Below are positions 1 to 12,700 of a stretch of 64,000 nt of DNA, piece after piece (position 1 is the first letter of the stretch; each line of letters begins with the position of its first letter). A model generated the notes under the pieces. The model saw only the letters and a list, made by a program, of their open reading frames with translations. It did not search any database and was not told the DNA's origin. A program made the translations under genes and the position numbers. The stretch is from Octopus sinensis (taxonomy: Eukaryota): NCBI RefSeq assembly GCF_006345805.1, contig NC_043002.1, positions 114,204,001 to 114,268,000 on the forward strand. Reading direction: 5' to 3'.

Positions 1-57
1 TTTGTTTCAGCACACAATCTCAGATCAGGTCACTTGCTATGCAAGTACATCTCTGTA

Positions 58-241
<184 letters not shown>

Positions 242-512
242 GGAGGCGCAATGGCCTAGTGGTTAGGGCAGCGGACTCGCGGTTGTAGGATCGCGGTTTC
301 GATTCCCAGACCGAGTGTTGTGAGTGTTTATTGAGCGAAAACACCTAAAAGCCCCACGATGCTTCGGCAGGGGGTGGTGATCCCTGCTGTACTCTTCCAC
401 CACTCTTTCTCTCACTCTTCTGTTGGCCTGCTCACTTAGCCAGCAGGGTGGCGTCATTCGAAGGCTAAAACAATGCGAACGCATTGTGACTGATGGTCTG
501 GTCGGTCACGTG

Positions 513-513
<1 letters not shown>
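242..513 (+). mobile_element. tRNA-derived SINE, family A (tail type 1)
   Basis: Head GGAGGCGCAATGGCCTAGTGGTTAG...GGTTTCGATTCCC with pol III A/B-box-like motifs; same head and body at 7462, 9873 and 47908. Confidence 0.85.
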
Positions 514-543
<30 letters not shown>

Positions 544-548
544 CGTGT

Positions 549-2203
549 GATGGGTATGTGAATGGCCCCCTCCTTTGCTAACATAGTCATGGGATATCTA
601 GAAAATAGTCTTTATCGTAAGGTTCTAGAAAGATACGGCAGCCCTTTCTCCCTCTACATAGAAAGTAACTGGAAGAGATAGCTAGATGACTGTTTCATTC
701 TTTGGTATGAAAATATAGAGAAACTTAAAGAATTCCAAGCACTTATAATTGGACTTGACGTAAGTATTCAATTCCTTCCTTTCTTCGACATCCTTGTTAA
801 GAAATCTAACAACTAAATAGAAACAGATATATACTATAAGCCTACGGATTCCAAGCAATATCTACCATTCAGTTCATACCACCCCAGACACACCAGAATG
901 AATATCTCTTTCAACCTAGCAAAAAGGATATGTACTATAGTTTCTAATGCAAACACTAGAGACACACAACTATATGAACTAAAAGATACACTCATCACCA
1001 GGAACTACCCACCTTCACTAATTGACATATGCTTTCAAAGTGTCCTTCAACTCAACATCCAGGAACTAAGACACCCCAAATTAAAGAAAAATTTACAACC
1101 AAAAGCCCTACCATACATCTCCACACACAACCCTCTCAACAATGAAGCCTTCGACTCCATCCTCCAAAACATACCTCTGCTAAAAAAGGACCACAGAATG
1201 AACTTAATCTTCCAAACACACACCATCATAAAAAGCAAGAGACAGCCCAAATCTATGAAAAGTCTCCTAACACAAGCCTGAATATGCTCAACAACACAAG
1301 CTGTCAGTAAAATAATGTGCAAGACCCAATTGTGGGATATGCAATTATCTAATTGAGGGATCAGAGTTCTTCTTCAAACAGGGACAATGTTTCACAGTGA
1401 AAAGCAACTTCACATGTGCTTCAGAGAACCGGATATACACACTAACCTTCTCTGGGTGTCAAGAGCAATACATAGGCCAAACAAAAAACAGTCTACGTAC
1501 AAGAATGGCCCTGCACAGATCCCAGATAAAAATTCCCCAAAACAGAAAAATAGCATTCAGCCAACACATAGACATTTACGCCAATAACAAAAATCCAAGC
1601 TTCAGAATTTTTCACCTCTACCAATTCAGGGACGATACAACCTGGAGCCAACGAATTAGTAAAGAGACTCTCTTTATTACAAAATACAGGCCCCTTCTGA
1701 ACGCGTCTATGACAAACGACATATCCACCTTGGCCTTAGAATAACACAAATTCACACGCAAATATTAAAAATGATACAATCAAGAGATTCCCAAGAATTC
1801 ATTAAAAAACAGTCCCAATCACTGCTATAGTCCATAACGTGCCAATTTTAAAGTCATTTAAACATTTAACACCTTACTACTTTCACACTACCTACATTCC
1901 TTCCTATTCTCCCTTCTCTTTCCTCTTCTTCTTCTTCTTCTTCTTCTTCTTCTTCCCTACCAAGAATTCACAACAACCTTGAACCCACAAGAGTAAATAA
2001 GAGAGACAGAGACAGGCAGAAACAAGGAAAATGCCACTTGTATTTGAATACTATACAAATATTCTTTTAAAAAAACTTTTCTTTTAATTTTTTAAAATTT
2101 AATTATTTAATTGTTACAGTTGAAAAAGTTACAATGACTGAAACCGGTACTGAAATGTTTTTTATAAAATTATTTTAGCATTTTCTATCTTGACATTTTT
2201 TCC
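549..2203 (+). mobile_element. Penelope-like element, 5'-truncated (RT C-terminus + GIY-YIG endonuclease), decayed
   Basis: GPSFANIVMGYLE, WKR*LDDCFILW, YYKPTDSKQYL..SSYHP and IYTLTFSGCQEQYIGQT (ORFs 898-1281, 1397-1744); stops and frameshifts; bounded by (TG)n and (TA)n. Confidence 0.92.
2117..2152 (+). ncRNA. Minimal type I hammerhead ribozyme motif (U3-A8 core variant) in the Penelope 3' end
   Basis: cag-TTGAAAA-agtt(acaat)gact-GAAA-ccgg-TA|ctg: stem I cag/ctg, stem II agtt/gact, palindromic CCGG in place of stem III, GUA cleavage triplet. Confidence 0.75.
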
Positions 2204-2349
2204 ATATATATATATAATAGAAATATGTTACAAAAAGAAAATAGAAACTACGCGTGGAAATGTAAGGGAAAAGTAAGAAGAAAAATAAGCGAAAATGCAC
2301 ATCGGAAATCAAAAAAAGTAAAGGCTTTTTATGAAAAGTAACGATAGAT

Positions 2350-5300
2350 ATATACAATTAGATGAACTGAGGTAGGAATAAAAGTAATAAAAGTCATTAT
2401 TGTGAATTGTTAAAGAGATTTAAAAGTATACCAGTTTCGTGAATTTACTAATCATTGCTTTGAATGCACACCGATTAATGAACGGTGTCATTAATATGTA
2501 AGGGAGGTAAGTAGTTCTGGATTTGGTGTAATTAGGGTAGATATAGATTTGTAATGTAAATGGTGTATGGGATGTATGGAGGTTAGTGGTATTAATTGAA
2601 AGGTTAGTAGTGTTCTATATTATGTTATATGTTCATATTGAGTTGTGGAAGATATTTATTGATGAAAGTTGCCTCTTTATTCATTCTTTGTTGTACTGAG
2701 GTGTTCTGTGAACATTGATAGAAGGGGAAAATTAGGAAATTGGGATTAAGATTCCTAGCACGCCTTTCTATGTGTTCACTAACCTGTGTCTGTCTGTATT
2801 GTGGGTGGCAGATTTGTTCTTTGTGGAGAGTGGTTCTTTGACAGAGTAATATTCCTGTTTGGCCACTATAATTATGACCACACCCTAAGCATGTAATGGC
2901 ATAAATAAGATTTTCCAAGGCACAGGTGAAATTTGATTTGATTTTAAATATTTTACCTTATTTAAAGTGGAATTCTGAACACTCCAAAAGGTGGGGGCAT
3001 GTACCACAGTTAGGTCAGCCACATTTTTTCACTTTTGGTTCTGTTGTTAATGGATATAATCTTGCACTGGTTAATATTTTTTTCAATGATTTAGGTTGCA
3101 TTTTGCTCTTGATAATTTTGTGTGAGTCTAAAATTTTGTTCATTGTTTTATCTCCTAGGGGATGGAAAGATTTTGGATGATAATGTTAAAGGCTTCGTTG
3201 TTTCTAGGGTTGTGTGTGGAGATATATGGGAGTATTTTTAAGTCTGGTTTTGTATTTTGGTTGACTTCCTTTAATGTTCGTATATCTATTTCCATAGCTC
3301 GTTTAATGCTATCATTTGTTAATGATATTGGGTAATGTCTTTTGATTAGTATTGATCTGAGTTCAAGGAGGCTTTGTTCATGAGTATAGGTATCCAAAAC
3401 TATGGTACAGATGCTCTTTGTTAGATTATAAGGTATATTAATTTTTATGTGTTTGGGGTGGCATGAGTTAAATAATAGGTATTGTTTAGAATCTGTGGGT
3501 TTATAGAAGATGTCTGTTTTGATGTGGTTATTGACTATTTTAATTAGGATGTCAAGAAAAGGGAGTTGTTTACTGTTGTGTTCCATGGTGAATTTTATGT
3601 TGCTATTAATATTGTTAAGCATTATTTTGAAATCAAGGAGTTTGTCCATGCTGTCTTTTCAAAGTATAAAGCAATCGTCCAAATACCTCTTCCAGTTCTC
3701 CTTTAAATAGCAAGAAATGAGGTGTCATATTTTTGTAGTGATGATTGATATATTTTAAGCTCTAGGTAACCCATTACAAGGTTCACAATCACTGGAGCAG
3801 CTCAGGTTTCCATTGCAATTCCACATTTTTGTCAATAGTAAACTGTATCGAACATGAAATAGTTGTTCAATAAGATGAATTTGAGTGCTTCGATTATGAA
3901 TCTGTGGTTAATGTGTCCTGGGATCTCTTCTGGGCATTTTTCTAGCCAGAAAGTGATCGCTTCTATACCATAATCATGTGGGATATTGGTGTACAAATTC
4001 ACCACATTGAATGCTACTAACAGGGTTCCTTCATTTCTTGTCTTTGGGAGGTGGTTCAACATGTCTAAGTCATCCCTGATGAAGCTTTTCACATATTTTA
4101 GAAATGGTTTGAATAAGATGTTGAGGAAGTTGCTCAAACAGTGGGTTTCACAAGCAGGGCCAGCAATGATGGGTCGCAGTTTGAGGCCAGTAGGGGGGGG
4201 GGACATTAATGCACAAACTTGGAGAAACTTTGCAAGCTTTATAAATATGTAGATTTTTGTGTATTTTAGGTAATCAGTAGAATAGACTAGGTCTATATTT
4301 AAAATTGGGTAAATAGTCTATTTCATGTTTACTGAGGCCCTTTCCATGTATTTGAAGTAAGGAGGATAAGTTTTTAAGTGTCTTCTGTGGGTTGTATTGT
4401 ACTATCTTCTCATAGTAAATATTATTTTCCAACATGGAGAGTATTAAATTTTTGTAGTACTCTGTGTCCATCACCACTACTGCACTTCCTTTGTCGGCTT
4501 CTTTAATGGTGAGGTTTATATCATTTTTTAACTCGATTAGGTCTTTCCATCCATTTACATTAAGGTTGGATTTAATTCATTGTTTTTGTAGGGTATTAAA
4601 AGGAAAGCTGGTAATGTGTTCACAAAAAGCATCAAGTGCTTTATTTCTGCTTTTTGTAGGACAGTATTCACTTTTGTTTTTTACTGTTGAGTCATCTTTG
4701 CTGGTGTAGTTGCGAAGTACTTCTGTGAGGCGTAATTTTCGTCAGAAATCCATAGTGTTAACATTAATTTCATTTGGGTTCGATCTGCAAAGGGTTGGAG
4801 TAAACTTTAAACCTCTTGCTAGAATTTTAGTTTGTGTAATACTTAGGATTTTCTTTGATAAGTTGATTATTTTCGGTTGTTCTTGTACATTTTGTTCCAT
4901 TTCACATCTCTGTTTCTCTGATTTAGGTCTACAAAATGTCGTAGGTGGATTGATGTGGAAAGTTTGTATTGTGTTTGGTTTGCTGAGGAGAAAATGGGTG
5001 TAAATTGTGTCTGTGGTAGTATGTTTGTGGTGGATTGACTGTGTAGCAAACTAGATCATGGTTGCACTGAGGGTTGTTATATTGTCTATGGTTGATGTGG
5101 TTTGGGTTAAATTTATTTTTAATTTTGTAATGTGGATGGAAGGAGAAGTTATGTTGTCTAGTTAGCTTGTGTCTATTCGACTGATTGAAGTAACCATGTT
5201 GAGGGTTCAGTAAATGGTTTTCTATGGCTTTGGTATGGCCTATAGACTTTGGCATGGCTTATAGAAACTCTTTGTCGAACAAATTAAATAAAATTTTACT

Positions 5301-5400
5301 TATTCATTGAGGGTGGGGGTGGGTGAGGGCATATATTTCCTGAATGATAATTCTTTGGGTGTATTTGTTTGCATGTGACTGTGTTGGTATCTGTTCTTGG
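2350..5400 (-). mobile_element. Penelope-like element (Neptune-type), near full length, decayed
   Basis: Minus-strand IINLSKK..LARGLKFTPT, TIKEADKGSAVVVMD, LRPIIAG, NVVNLYTNIPH, WKRYLDDCFIL, LPFLDILI and NLIYAITCLGCGHNYSGQTG; outer limits approximate. Confidence 0.9.
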
Positions 5401-6119
5401 GTATGTGAGGCCCTTAATGCACCACACTGGAGGTATCACTGGATATCACAAGATATTTTGGTTTCCAACAATTGTCAACGTGTGTGTGTATTTGCATGAA
5501 GATATAAATCTGTGATGACATCACCTCATTCTCTGCTGTCTCCCTCTTTCTACACACACAGACACACACACTGTTATCTATAGCATGTCTCCTCACTCTG
5601 TCCCTCTTCTCTCCTCCCCATTTGGCTTAATAATTACAAATAGTCAATCTGACTAAGATCTGTAGAAAACCATTTATTGACCTTATAGATGTTTTACTAT
5701 TTCTATTACACTTTTTGTTTGTTTTTTTCCTCTTTCTCTCATTGTTTTGGATCCTCTGTCTTTCAATCTATCTCCGTTCCTAGGACATTTTTACTTGTCT
5801 TTTTTACTTCTTTTCATAGGAATTCTCCATATACTTACCATTACACACACACACACACACATATATATATACATCTAGATAAAATCATCTTATTCTACTT
5901 CTGGGAGGCTCTTCTACCCTTCAAACTCCTGAATTCATTTCCAACGTATGTTTATGCTTTTTTTGTTGGTAATACTTTTCTGTGTATCTTTATAAATGTA
6001 AGTGTTTTCCCAAATAAAATTGATTTTCATATTAGAAGCTCTGAGGAAGCTACAGGGTGATACACAATCGTTTAAATATGAATGTATTGGATCTTGGCAC
6101 TTATTTGGCTACTTATTAT

Positions 6120-6930
6120 TATTCAAATGCATTACATATCTATGCCATTGTAACTGTCTCTCTTGCACAACACAAATAATTCCTTTTGTATTCAGATATT
6201 CTCTCAGTGCATCTGTGCCTAATTATTCTTGCATGCTGATTTTGTACATCCAGTGGACCATATTCTTCCTCTGCATGCAGTGCTCATGTCCCACCACCAT
6301 AGAACATCGTAGTTCATAAAAAAAAGCATTGAGCAACAGACCTTTCACTCGGAAAGAGATTTCTTTGTTGTCAGCAGAGTTAATAGCTTCCTGGTGAACT
6401 TTTTGTGTTCCTAATTCTGGTTACTATGCTCTTAGAACACTCTCTCTGCTGATTAGGATGTCCAGGTAATAGGGCTTCAGCTCTATTATGGAGCCTTCAG
6501 ATCATAGTAAAGAATTTATATCGTTAGCACCCCAAGTGCTAACTACTCATCAACATCTGCCATAAACTCTTTATTCCTTGTCAGCCTGCCTATACCTCTT
6601 TTGTGCACTTCTCTTGTCAGCTACTACCTCTCCTGTGCACTTATAGATAACACTGGGTACATCATACGGAATTTCTATTTATTTCTAATTCTGCATTGAG
6701 CAGGTCATTGCCCTGTTGAATTAGAATCCTATCTTCTTTATTATTAAAACTTAAATAGGCGCAGGAGTGGCTGTGTAGTAAGTAGCCTGCTTACCAACCA
6801 CATGGTTCCGGGTTCAGTCCCACTGCGTGGCATCTTGGGCAAGTGTCTTCTGCTATAACCCCGGGCCGACCAATGCCTTGTGAGTGGATTTGGTAGACGG
6901 AAACTGAAAGAAGCCTGTCGTATATATATG

Positions 6931-6961
<31 letters not shown>

Positions 6962-7430
6962 TTGTGTGTCTGTGTTTGTCCTCCTGGCATTGCTTAACAA
7001 CCGATGCTGGTGTGTTTATGTCCCCGTTACTTAGCGGTTCGGCAAAGGAGACCGATAGAATAAGTACTAGGCTTACAAAGAATAAGTCCTGAGGCCGATT
7101 TGCTCGACTAAAGGCGGTGCTCCAGCATGGCCGCAGTCAACTGACTGAAACAAGTAAAAGAATAAAAGAGAGATTTGTTAAGTTTTTGTCTGAAATCTCC
7201 TGACTTCAGGGTTGTGTTCCAATGTTTGAAAATTCTTCTCTAAATCTTTCACAATTTATGATATAAGAACTAGATTATCAGCATATAAGAATTCTCAAGG
7301 GTAACTGGTATTAAATGCTACTGTTAAGGCTAGGAGGGCCATAACAGATAGGAAGGGGCTGAGAACTGAACACTTGATGGACATGCTGGAGCATTATTCA
7401 TTATAGAATTTCTCAGAGAGGGAGCTGATT
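6120..7430 (-). mobile_element. Old RTE-clade LINE remnant, interrupted by a SINE
   Basis: Degraded minus-strand peptides resembling VHQGSVLSPFL, LYADDLVLI, LLTNKEISFRVKG and MVRWMCKIS..LGTDALRE..VQERRLRW. Confidence 0.65.
6758..7172 (+). mobile_element. tRNA-derived SINE, family C (internal (TA)n(TG)n tract)
   Basis: GGCGCAGGAGTGGCTGTG...GGTTCAGTCCC head, internal microsatellite, tail GACTGAAACAAGTAAAAGA; at least 6 further copies or fragments in the window. Confidence 0.9.
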
Positions 7431-7461
7431 TGGAGCAACAACTGCAGCAGCAACACCAAGT

Positions 7462-7843
7462 GGAGGCGCAATGGCCCAGTGGTTAGGGCAGTGGATTCGT
7501 GGTCGGAGGATCACGGTTTCGATTCCCAGACTGGGCGTTGTGTGTGTTTATTGAGAGAAAACACCTAAAAGCTCCATGAGGCTCCAGCAGGGGGTGGGAT
7601 GGGTGGCGACCCCTGTTGTACTCTTTCGCCCCAACTTTCTCTCACTCTTTCTTCCTGTTTCTTGTCCCCGACTTCCTATGCAACCGCTGAGCCTGGATGT
7701 GCATTCATCCATCCGTCGATGCTCTCGGTGTCGAGGGTTGACCTGCTTTCTCTTCTGCGGGTCTTACGAATAGCAAAGGACCACATTTCGGACTTCTCAG
7801 AAGACCACTTCACTCAACAAACAAACAAACAAACAAACAAACA
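7462..7843 (+). mobile_element. tRNA-derived SINE, family A (tail type 2, (CAAA)n end)
   Basis: Head and body as at 242, different 3' half. Confidence 0.85.
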
Positions 7844-8851
7844 AGCAGCAGCACCATTTAGGTATTTTGATCTTGTAGTTTGTTAGCATTTGGTGCCTTA
7901 CTGCAGGTGAACCAATTTAACAACATGAATACTCATTTGTATCTCAATTTTTGTCTTTTGAAGAAAGTTTGACTATCATCTTTTCCTTTTGCCCTTTCTC
8001 CAAAGCTTTTAGGCTTCATGCTTAGGCAAATCAATCATTCAGTAGTTATTTATCTCATACAAATGGAAATTTTAAATGTCTTCTCATCAGATGTATCCAA
8101 CAATGAGTAATTAGCTTTATAGATTTGAAAAGAGTTTCCCACCTCACTCTATTAACAGCATGGGTTTTGAATTACTACTATAAATCATTGAAGTATTTGT
8201 TAATTATTCAGTACTCCCTTAATTTATGGCAGTATGTTGCTCTATTGTATGAAATTAACTAACAGCTAGATTGACCAACCATGTAAGACTTCAATGTCCT
8301 GGGCAAGGGTGCTGAACATACCACCCATGATTAAAAAATAGTGACATTTTAACCAGAAAAAGTGCACTCAACTATTTTGACTTCTAAAAACTTACAGCTT
8401 GGTAAAAGAAAAAAGAAAGAATGACCAAAAACAAAACAAAGCAAACCAGTAACTAGTCTGGATAGTATACTGCTTACAAAGTATTTTCAGTTGTAAATGT
8501 TTAATTGGTAGCTTTCAATAGACTTCAGTAATAGTTAATTGTATTTTACTATTTACAATCTGCTGTAGCTGAAAATAAAACAAGTATTTCGTCAGCTCAA
8601 CATAGTTTAAAACGTAGTTATGATAAGTAGCATATGGAATTATTCACAAACAAAAGCAATTCCATTCATGTATTGTTTATGAATTGAATGACTTATAATT
8701 AGTCAATTGTTTCTGTTCCATATCTTGTCTGTCCCAACTTATGTACTTTAATCCTGTCTGTAAATCTAAAACGTTATCATAATTTTGACTGCCTTCCCCG
8801 AGGTCAATACTTATTGGTTAACATGCAGGTCAATACTTATCGGTTAACATG

Positions 8852-9080
8852 AAGGCGGCGAGCTGGCAGAATCGTTAGCACGCCGGGCGAAATACGTAAC
8901 CGTATTTCGTCTGCCGTTACATTCTGCGTTCAAATTCCGCCGAGGTCGACTTTGCCTTTCATCCTTTCGGGGTCGATAAATTAAGTACCAGTTATGCACT
9001 GGGGTCGATATAATCGATTTAATCCGTTTGTCCTTGTTTGTCCCCTCCGTGTTTAGCTCTTTGTGGGCAGTAAAGAAATA
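8852..9080 (+). mobile_element. tRNA-derived SINE, family B
   Basis: GGCGGCGAGCTGGCAGAATCGTTAGC...GTTCAAATTCC...TAAGTACCAG; TSD GGTTAACATG at 8842-8851 and 9081-9090. Confidence 0.9.
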
Positions 9081-9377
9081 GGTTAACATGCAGGTTAATG
9101 TTGCAAAATAGTGAAAGTAAACTGTCCTTAAAAAATAAAACTATATAGCGATAGAAATCAGAAGTAATATCCTGCAATTTCATGTAAACGGTGTACTTAT
9201 ACCAATATATCCAATACATAAATGTACATACATTTAATATAACATGACAGCATTACAAATATTTTACTGAGTAGCCTGTTATTGCCTAGCAATTTTCACA
9301 ATATAATGCCTTTATTTCAATTTCTTTTAATTTTATGTCAGACCATGTCTTCTCTGATGGATAGGACTCTTGATCAG

Positions 9378-9501
9378 TGTGATGAAAGGGACTTTACATT
9401 AAGATGTGCACATCTGAAAGTTTGACATCACGAGTTTGTGATGTATGACAGAACAAATACACACAGTAAGGGCTGCACCCAGTGTCATGTCATAATTTAC
9501 A
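9378..9501 (+). repeat. Gypsy 5' LTR
   Basis: TGTGATGAAAG...AATTTACA; aligns end to end with 13986-14105. Confidence 0.85.
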
Positions 9502-9505
9502 TGGT

Positions 9506-9721
9506 AAGGTGGTGATCTGGCAGAAACGTTAGCATGCCAGGTGAAATGCTTTGCATTATTTCATCTGTCTTTATGTTCTGGGTTCAAATTCCGCCGAGGT
9601 TGACTTTTCCTTTCTGCCCTTCGGGATTCATATATTAAGTACCAGTTGCATACTGGGGTCGATCTAATTGACTGGCCCCCTTCTCCAAAATTTCAGGCCT
9701 TGTGCCTAGAGTAGAAAAGAA
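9506..9721 (+). mobile_element. SINE family B inserted at the Gypsy LTR/PBS junction
   Basis: CpG-decayed family B copy flanked by imperfect TSD ATAATTTACATGGT / ATAATTTATACGGT. Confidence 0.85.
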
Positions 9722-9731
9722 ATAATTTATA

Positions 9732-9750
9732 CGGTGTCAGAAAAGGGATT
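9732..9750 (+). promoter_or_regulatory. Primer binding site, tRNA-Leu(CAA)-type
   Basis: CGGTGTCAGAAAAGGGATT versus the complement of the tRNA-Leu(CAA) 3' end, TGGTGTCAGAAGTGGGATT. Confidence 0.75.
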
Positions 9751-9764
9751 GAATAATCACCCAA

Positions 9765-12700
9765 ATGGATCAGATAAGAAGCATGAATGAGCTTAATCTT
9801 GAAGGCAACATAGCCAAGAACTGGAATCACAGCTAAATCATAGAGTGTGAAGTGTGCTACTCTACTACACGTGGAGGCGCAATGGCCCAGTGGTTAGGGC
9901 AGCGGACTCGTGGTCGTAGGATCGCGGTTTTGATTCACAGACCGGGCGTTGTGAGTGTTTATTGAGCGAAAACACCTAAAAGCTCCACGAGGCTCTGGCA
10001 GGGGATGGTGGTGATCCCTGATGTACTCTTTCACCACAACTTTCTCTCACTCTTACTTCCTGTTTCTGTTGTACCTGTATTTCAAAGGGCCGGCCTTGTC
10101 ACTCTCTGTGTCACGCTGAATATCCCCGAGAACTACGTCAAGGGTACACGTGTCTGTGGAGTGCTCAGCCACTTACACGTTAATTTCACGAGCAGGCAGT
10201 TCCGTTGATTCGGATCAACCGGAACCCTCGTCGTCGTAACCGACGGAGTGCTTCCATCCTTCCACTCTACTACACGTAGTAGGAGAGGCCACAATACAAG
10301 TGAATAACGCTTTTGAGTGGAGTGAGGAAGTGGATAGCAAGAATTACGATAAAGTGAAGCAAAATTTTCAGGAATTCTGTGAACCTGATGGTTGAAAGAC
10401 ATGCATTCTTCATTCGATCTCAAAAACCAGGTGATTAGAATGAGACCGATTTAAAGAATAAATCTAGAACTTGTGAGTTTGGGACATTGAATGATGGGCT
10501 CATTAAAGACAGAATTGTCTTTGAAATTGTTAGTGATAGCCTCAGAATGCAGTTACTGAGAGAACATGATTTTGATTTAGAAAAAATTGTACAGATGTGT
10601 AGGGCTACAGAAATCAGTGCACAAAAATTGAAAGTTCTTAATGATGAACAGTCAACCATATCTAAAGAAATCAATGCCATGAATGCCAATAGGGGTCCAA
10701 GAAGAAAGTATGAACATAGAGGTAGAACAAAAGAATACCCTCAGTTCAGACAGTGTGGTTACAAACATGCTAAAGACAAGTGTACAGCTGCAGGAAACGT
10801 TTGTGACAAATGCAGTGGTAAACATAATTTTGCCAGCTTGTGTAAAACTAAAATACGATCTAGGCATAACAGACAAGACACCAGAGAGAGAAAACACAAA
10901 AATGCTCAGTTGACAATTCTGAAGAAATTGAAGAATTATTCATTAGACAGACGACCACCAATGAAGAAGATGAAGACTGATAAGAGACTTCGTTAATTAA
11001 CAAGAAACCAGTGAAAGTCAAACCGGATACATGTGCAAAGTGGAATATCATTTCCAAATCAATGTTCAACAGTTTGAATTTGAAGAATAAGGAATTGTTA
11101 AGATCAAAAGTGAAATTTGAGTCATACTTCGATGAAAAACAATTCCCACTTGGACAGATAGAACTATTAGTATCAAGTGAAATCAGTGGCGCTTCAAATG
11201 AAGTACTATTCCAGGTTGTGAAGGAAAACCACCCAAGTATTCAGGGAAGGAAAACCTGTGAGAAATTGAAGTTGGTAGAGTGAATAGAAACATACTGGGA
11301 GAATATCCAGAGCTGTTCCAAGGACTCGGATACATACCAGGAGAACACCATGGACAAAATCACACCTGTGGTACACCTGCCAAGAAAGGTACCTGCTGCT
11401 TTGATGGACAAAGTGCAAGCAGAACTTGGACTGAATGACCAAGCTTGGAGTTGTCGTTAAAGAGACTCAACCCACAAACTGGGTTTATAGCATGGTGATA
11501 ATAATGAAACCAAACAATATTAGAATCTGTATAGACCCCCAAAAATCTCAATTGTGTCATAAAAAGAGAACATTATCCTATGAGAACTGTTGAGGAAATT
11601 ATATCACAAATGCCAGGTGCCAAGCTGTTCACCATTCTTGATGCAGAATCTGGATTTTGGTAGATGCAACCTGATGAAAGCAGTTCCAAGTTGTGTACCT
11701 TCAATACTCCATTCAGTAGATAATGATTCACTCAACTACCTTTCAGAGTGAAGTTGGCACCTGAGGTATTTTAGAGAACAATGTCACAGATCCTAGATGG
11801 TTTATCAGGCACAGAATGTACTGTTGATGACATTTTGGTGTGGGGTTCAGACATCAAGCAACATGATGAAAGATTGCATGCCATTCTGAACAGAATACAG
11901 TCAAGTGGCCTGAAATTGAATGCAAAGAAATGCAAGCTGAGAATGTCAGAGGTCACATATGTAGAGCATCTGATGAAATTCCTCAGTATGATACAGTATC
12001 TGGGAAAGTTCGTGCCAAATCTCTCCAGTGAAACTGCAGCTCTACAAGAGTTATTGCCGAAGGACATTGCATGGCACTGGAAAGAAAGGCAGCAAACATG
12101 TTTCAAGAATTTGAAACAAAGAGTGACAGAGACTCCAGTACTACAGTACTTTGATGTTACAAAGCCAGTAACGTTATCAGTGGATGCAACCTCCAAAGGG
12201 CTAGGAGTGGTGTAAGCTGAGAAGCCTGTAGCATTCACTTCAAGGTCACTGACAAGTGTGCAAAAGAAATATGCACAGATTGAGAAAGAGATGCTAGGTG
12301 AGAAGTTTCATCAGTACATCTACAGGAAAACAGTAGAAACTGATCACAAGTCCCTTAAAATCATATTTCAGAAACTTTTATGTGGAGCTCCTCAGAGGTT
12401 GCAGAAAATGTTGCTGCATCTACAGAAGTATAATCTTTAAGTTTCCTTCGGACCTGGCAAAGAATTGATTGTTGCAGATGCCTTGAGCAGGGCATATCTT
12501 CAAGCTAGTACAGAAATGATGTTCCAGCAAGTGCAAGAGACTGCTGGAATATTCAAGATGAACTGACTGTTGTTGATAACCTCATCTTCAAAGCTGAGCA
12601 AGTTGTAGTTCCTGCACTACAAACAGAAATGTTGAACAGAATTCATGATGCTCATTTCGGGGTGACAAAGTGCATACTCAGAGCCAAAGATGTTACCTTC

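Noticed and set aside
242-315. tRNA-like sequences at SINE heads (also 7462, 9873, 18668, 20433, ~33100, 47908)
   Set aside because: They continue into SINE bodies or tails and lack clean cloverleaf ends; not tRNA genes
2426-2460. CGAAACTGGTA half-hammerhead on the minus strand at the second Penelope 3' end
   Set aside because: No recognisable 5' core; too decayed to call
5643-5681. gtcaat-CTGACTA...GAAA...attgac hammerhead-like motif
   Set aside because: Stem I pairs, but stems II and III do not and the core is altered
8478-8568. Possible minus-strand exon (TTTTCAG|LQQIVNSKIQLTITEVY*...|GTAAGC)
   Set aside because: Stops in all three frames between the splice-like sites, no partner exons, no recognisable protein
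9342-9377. Acceptor-like site followed by ACCATG, reading MSSLMDRTLDQ across the Gypsy insertion site
   Set aside because: Short, no homology recognised, expected by chance in AT-rich DNA
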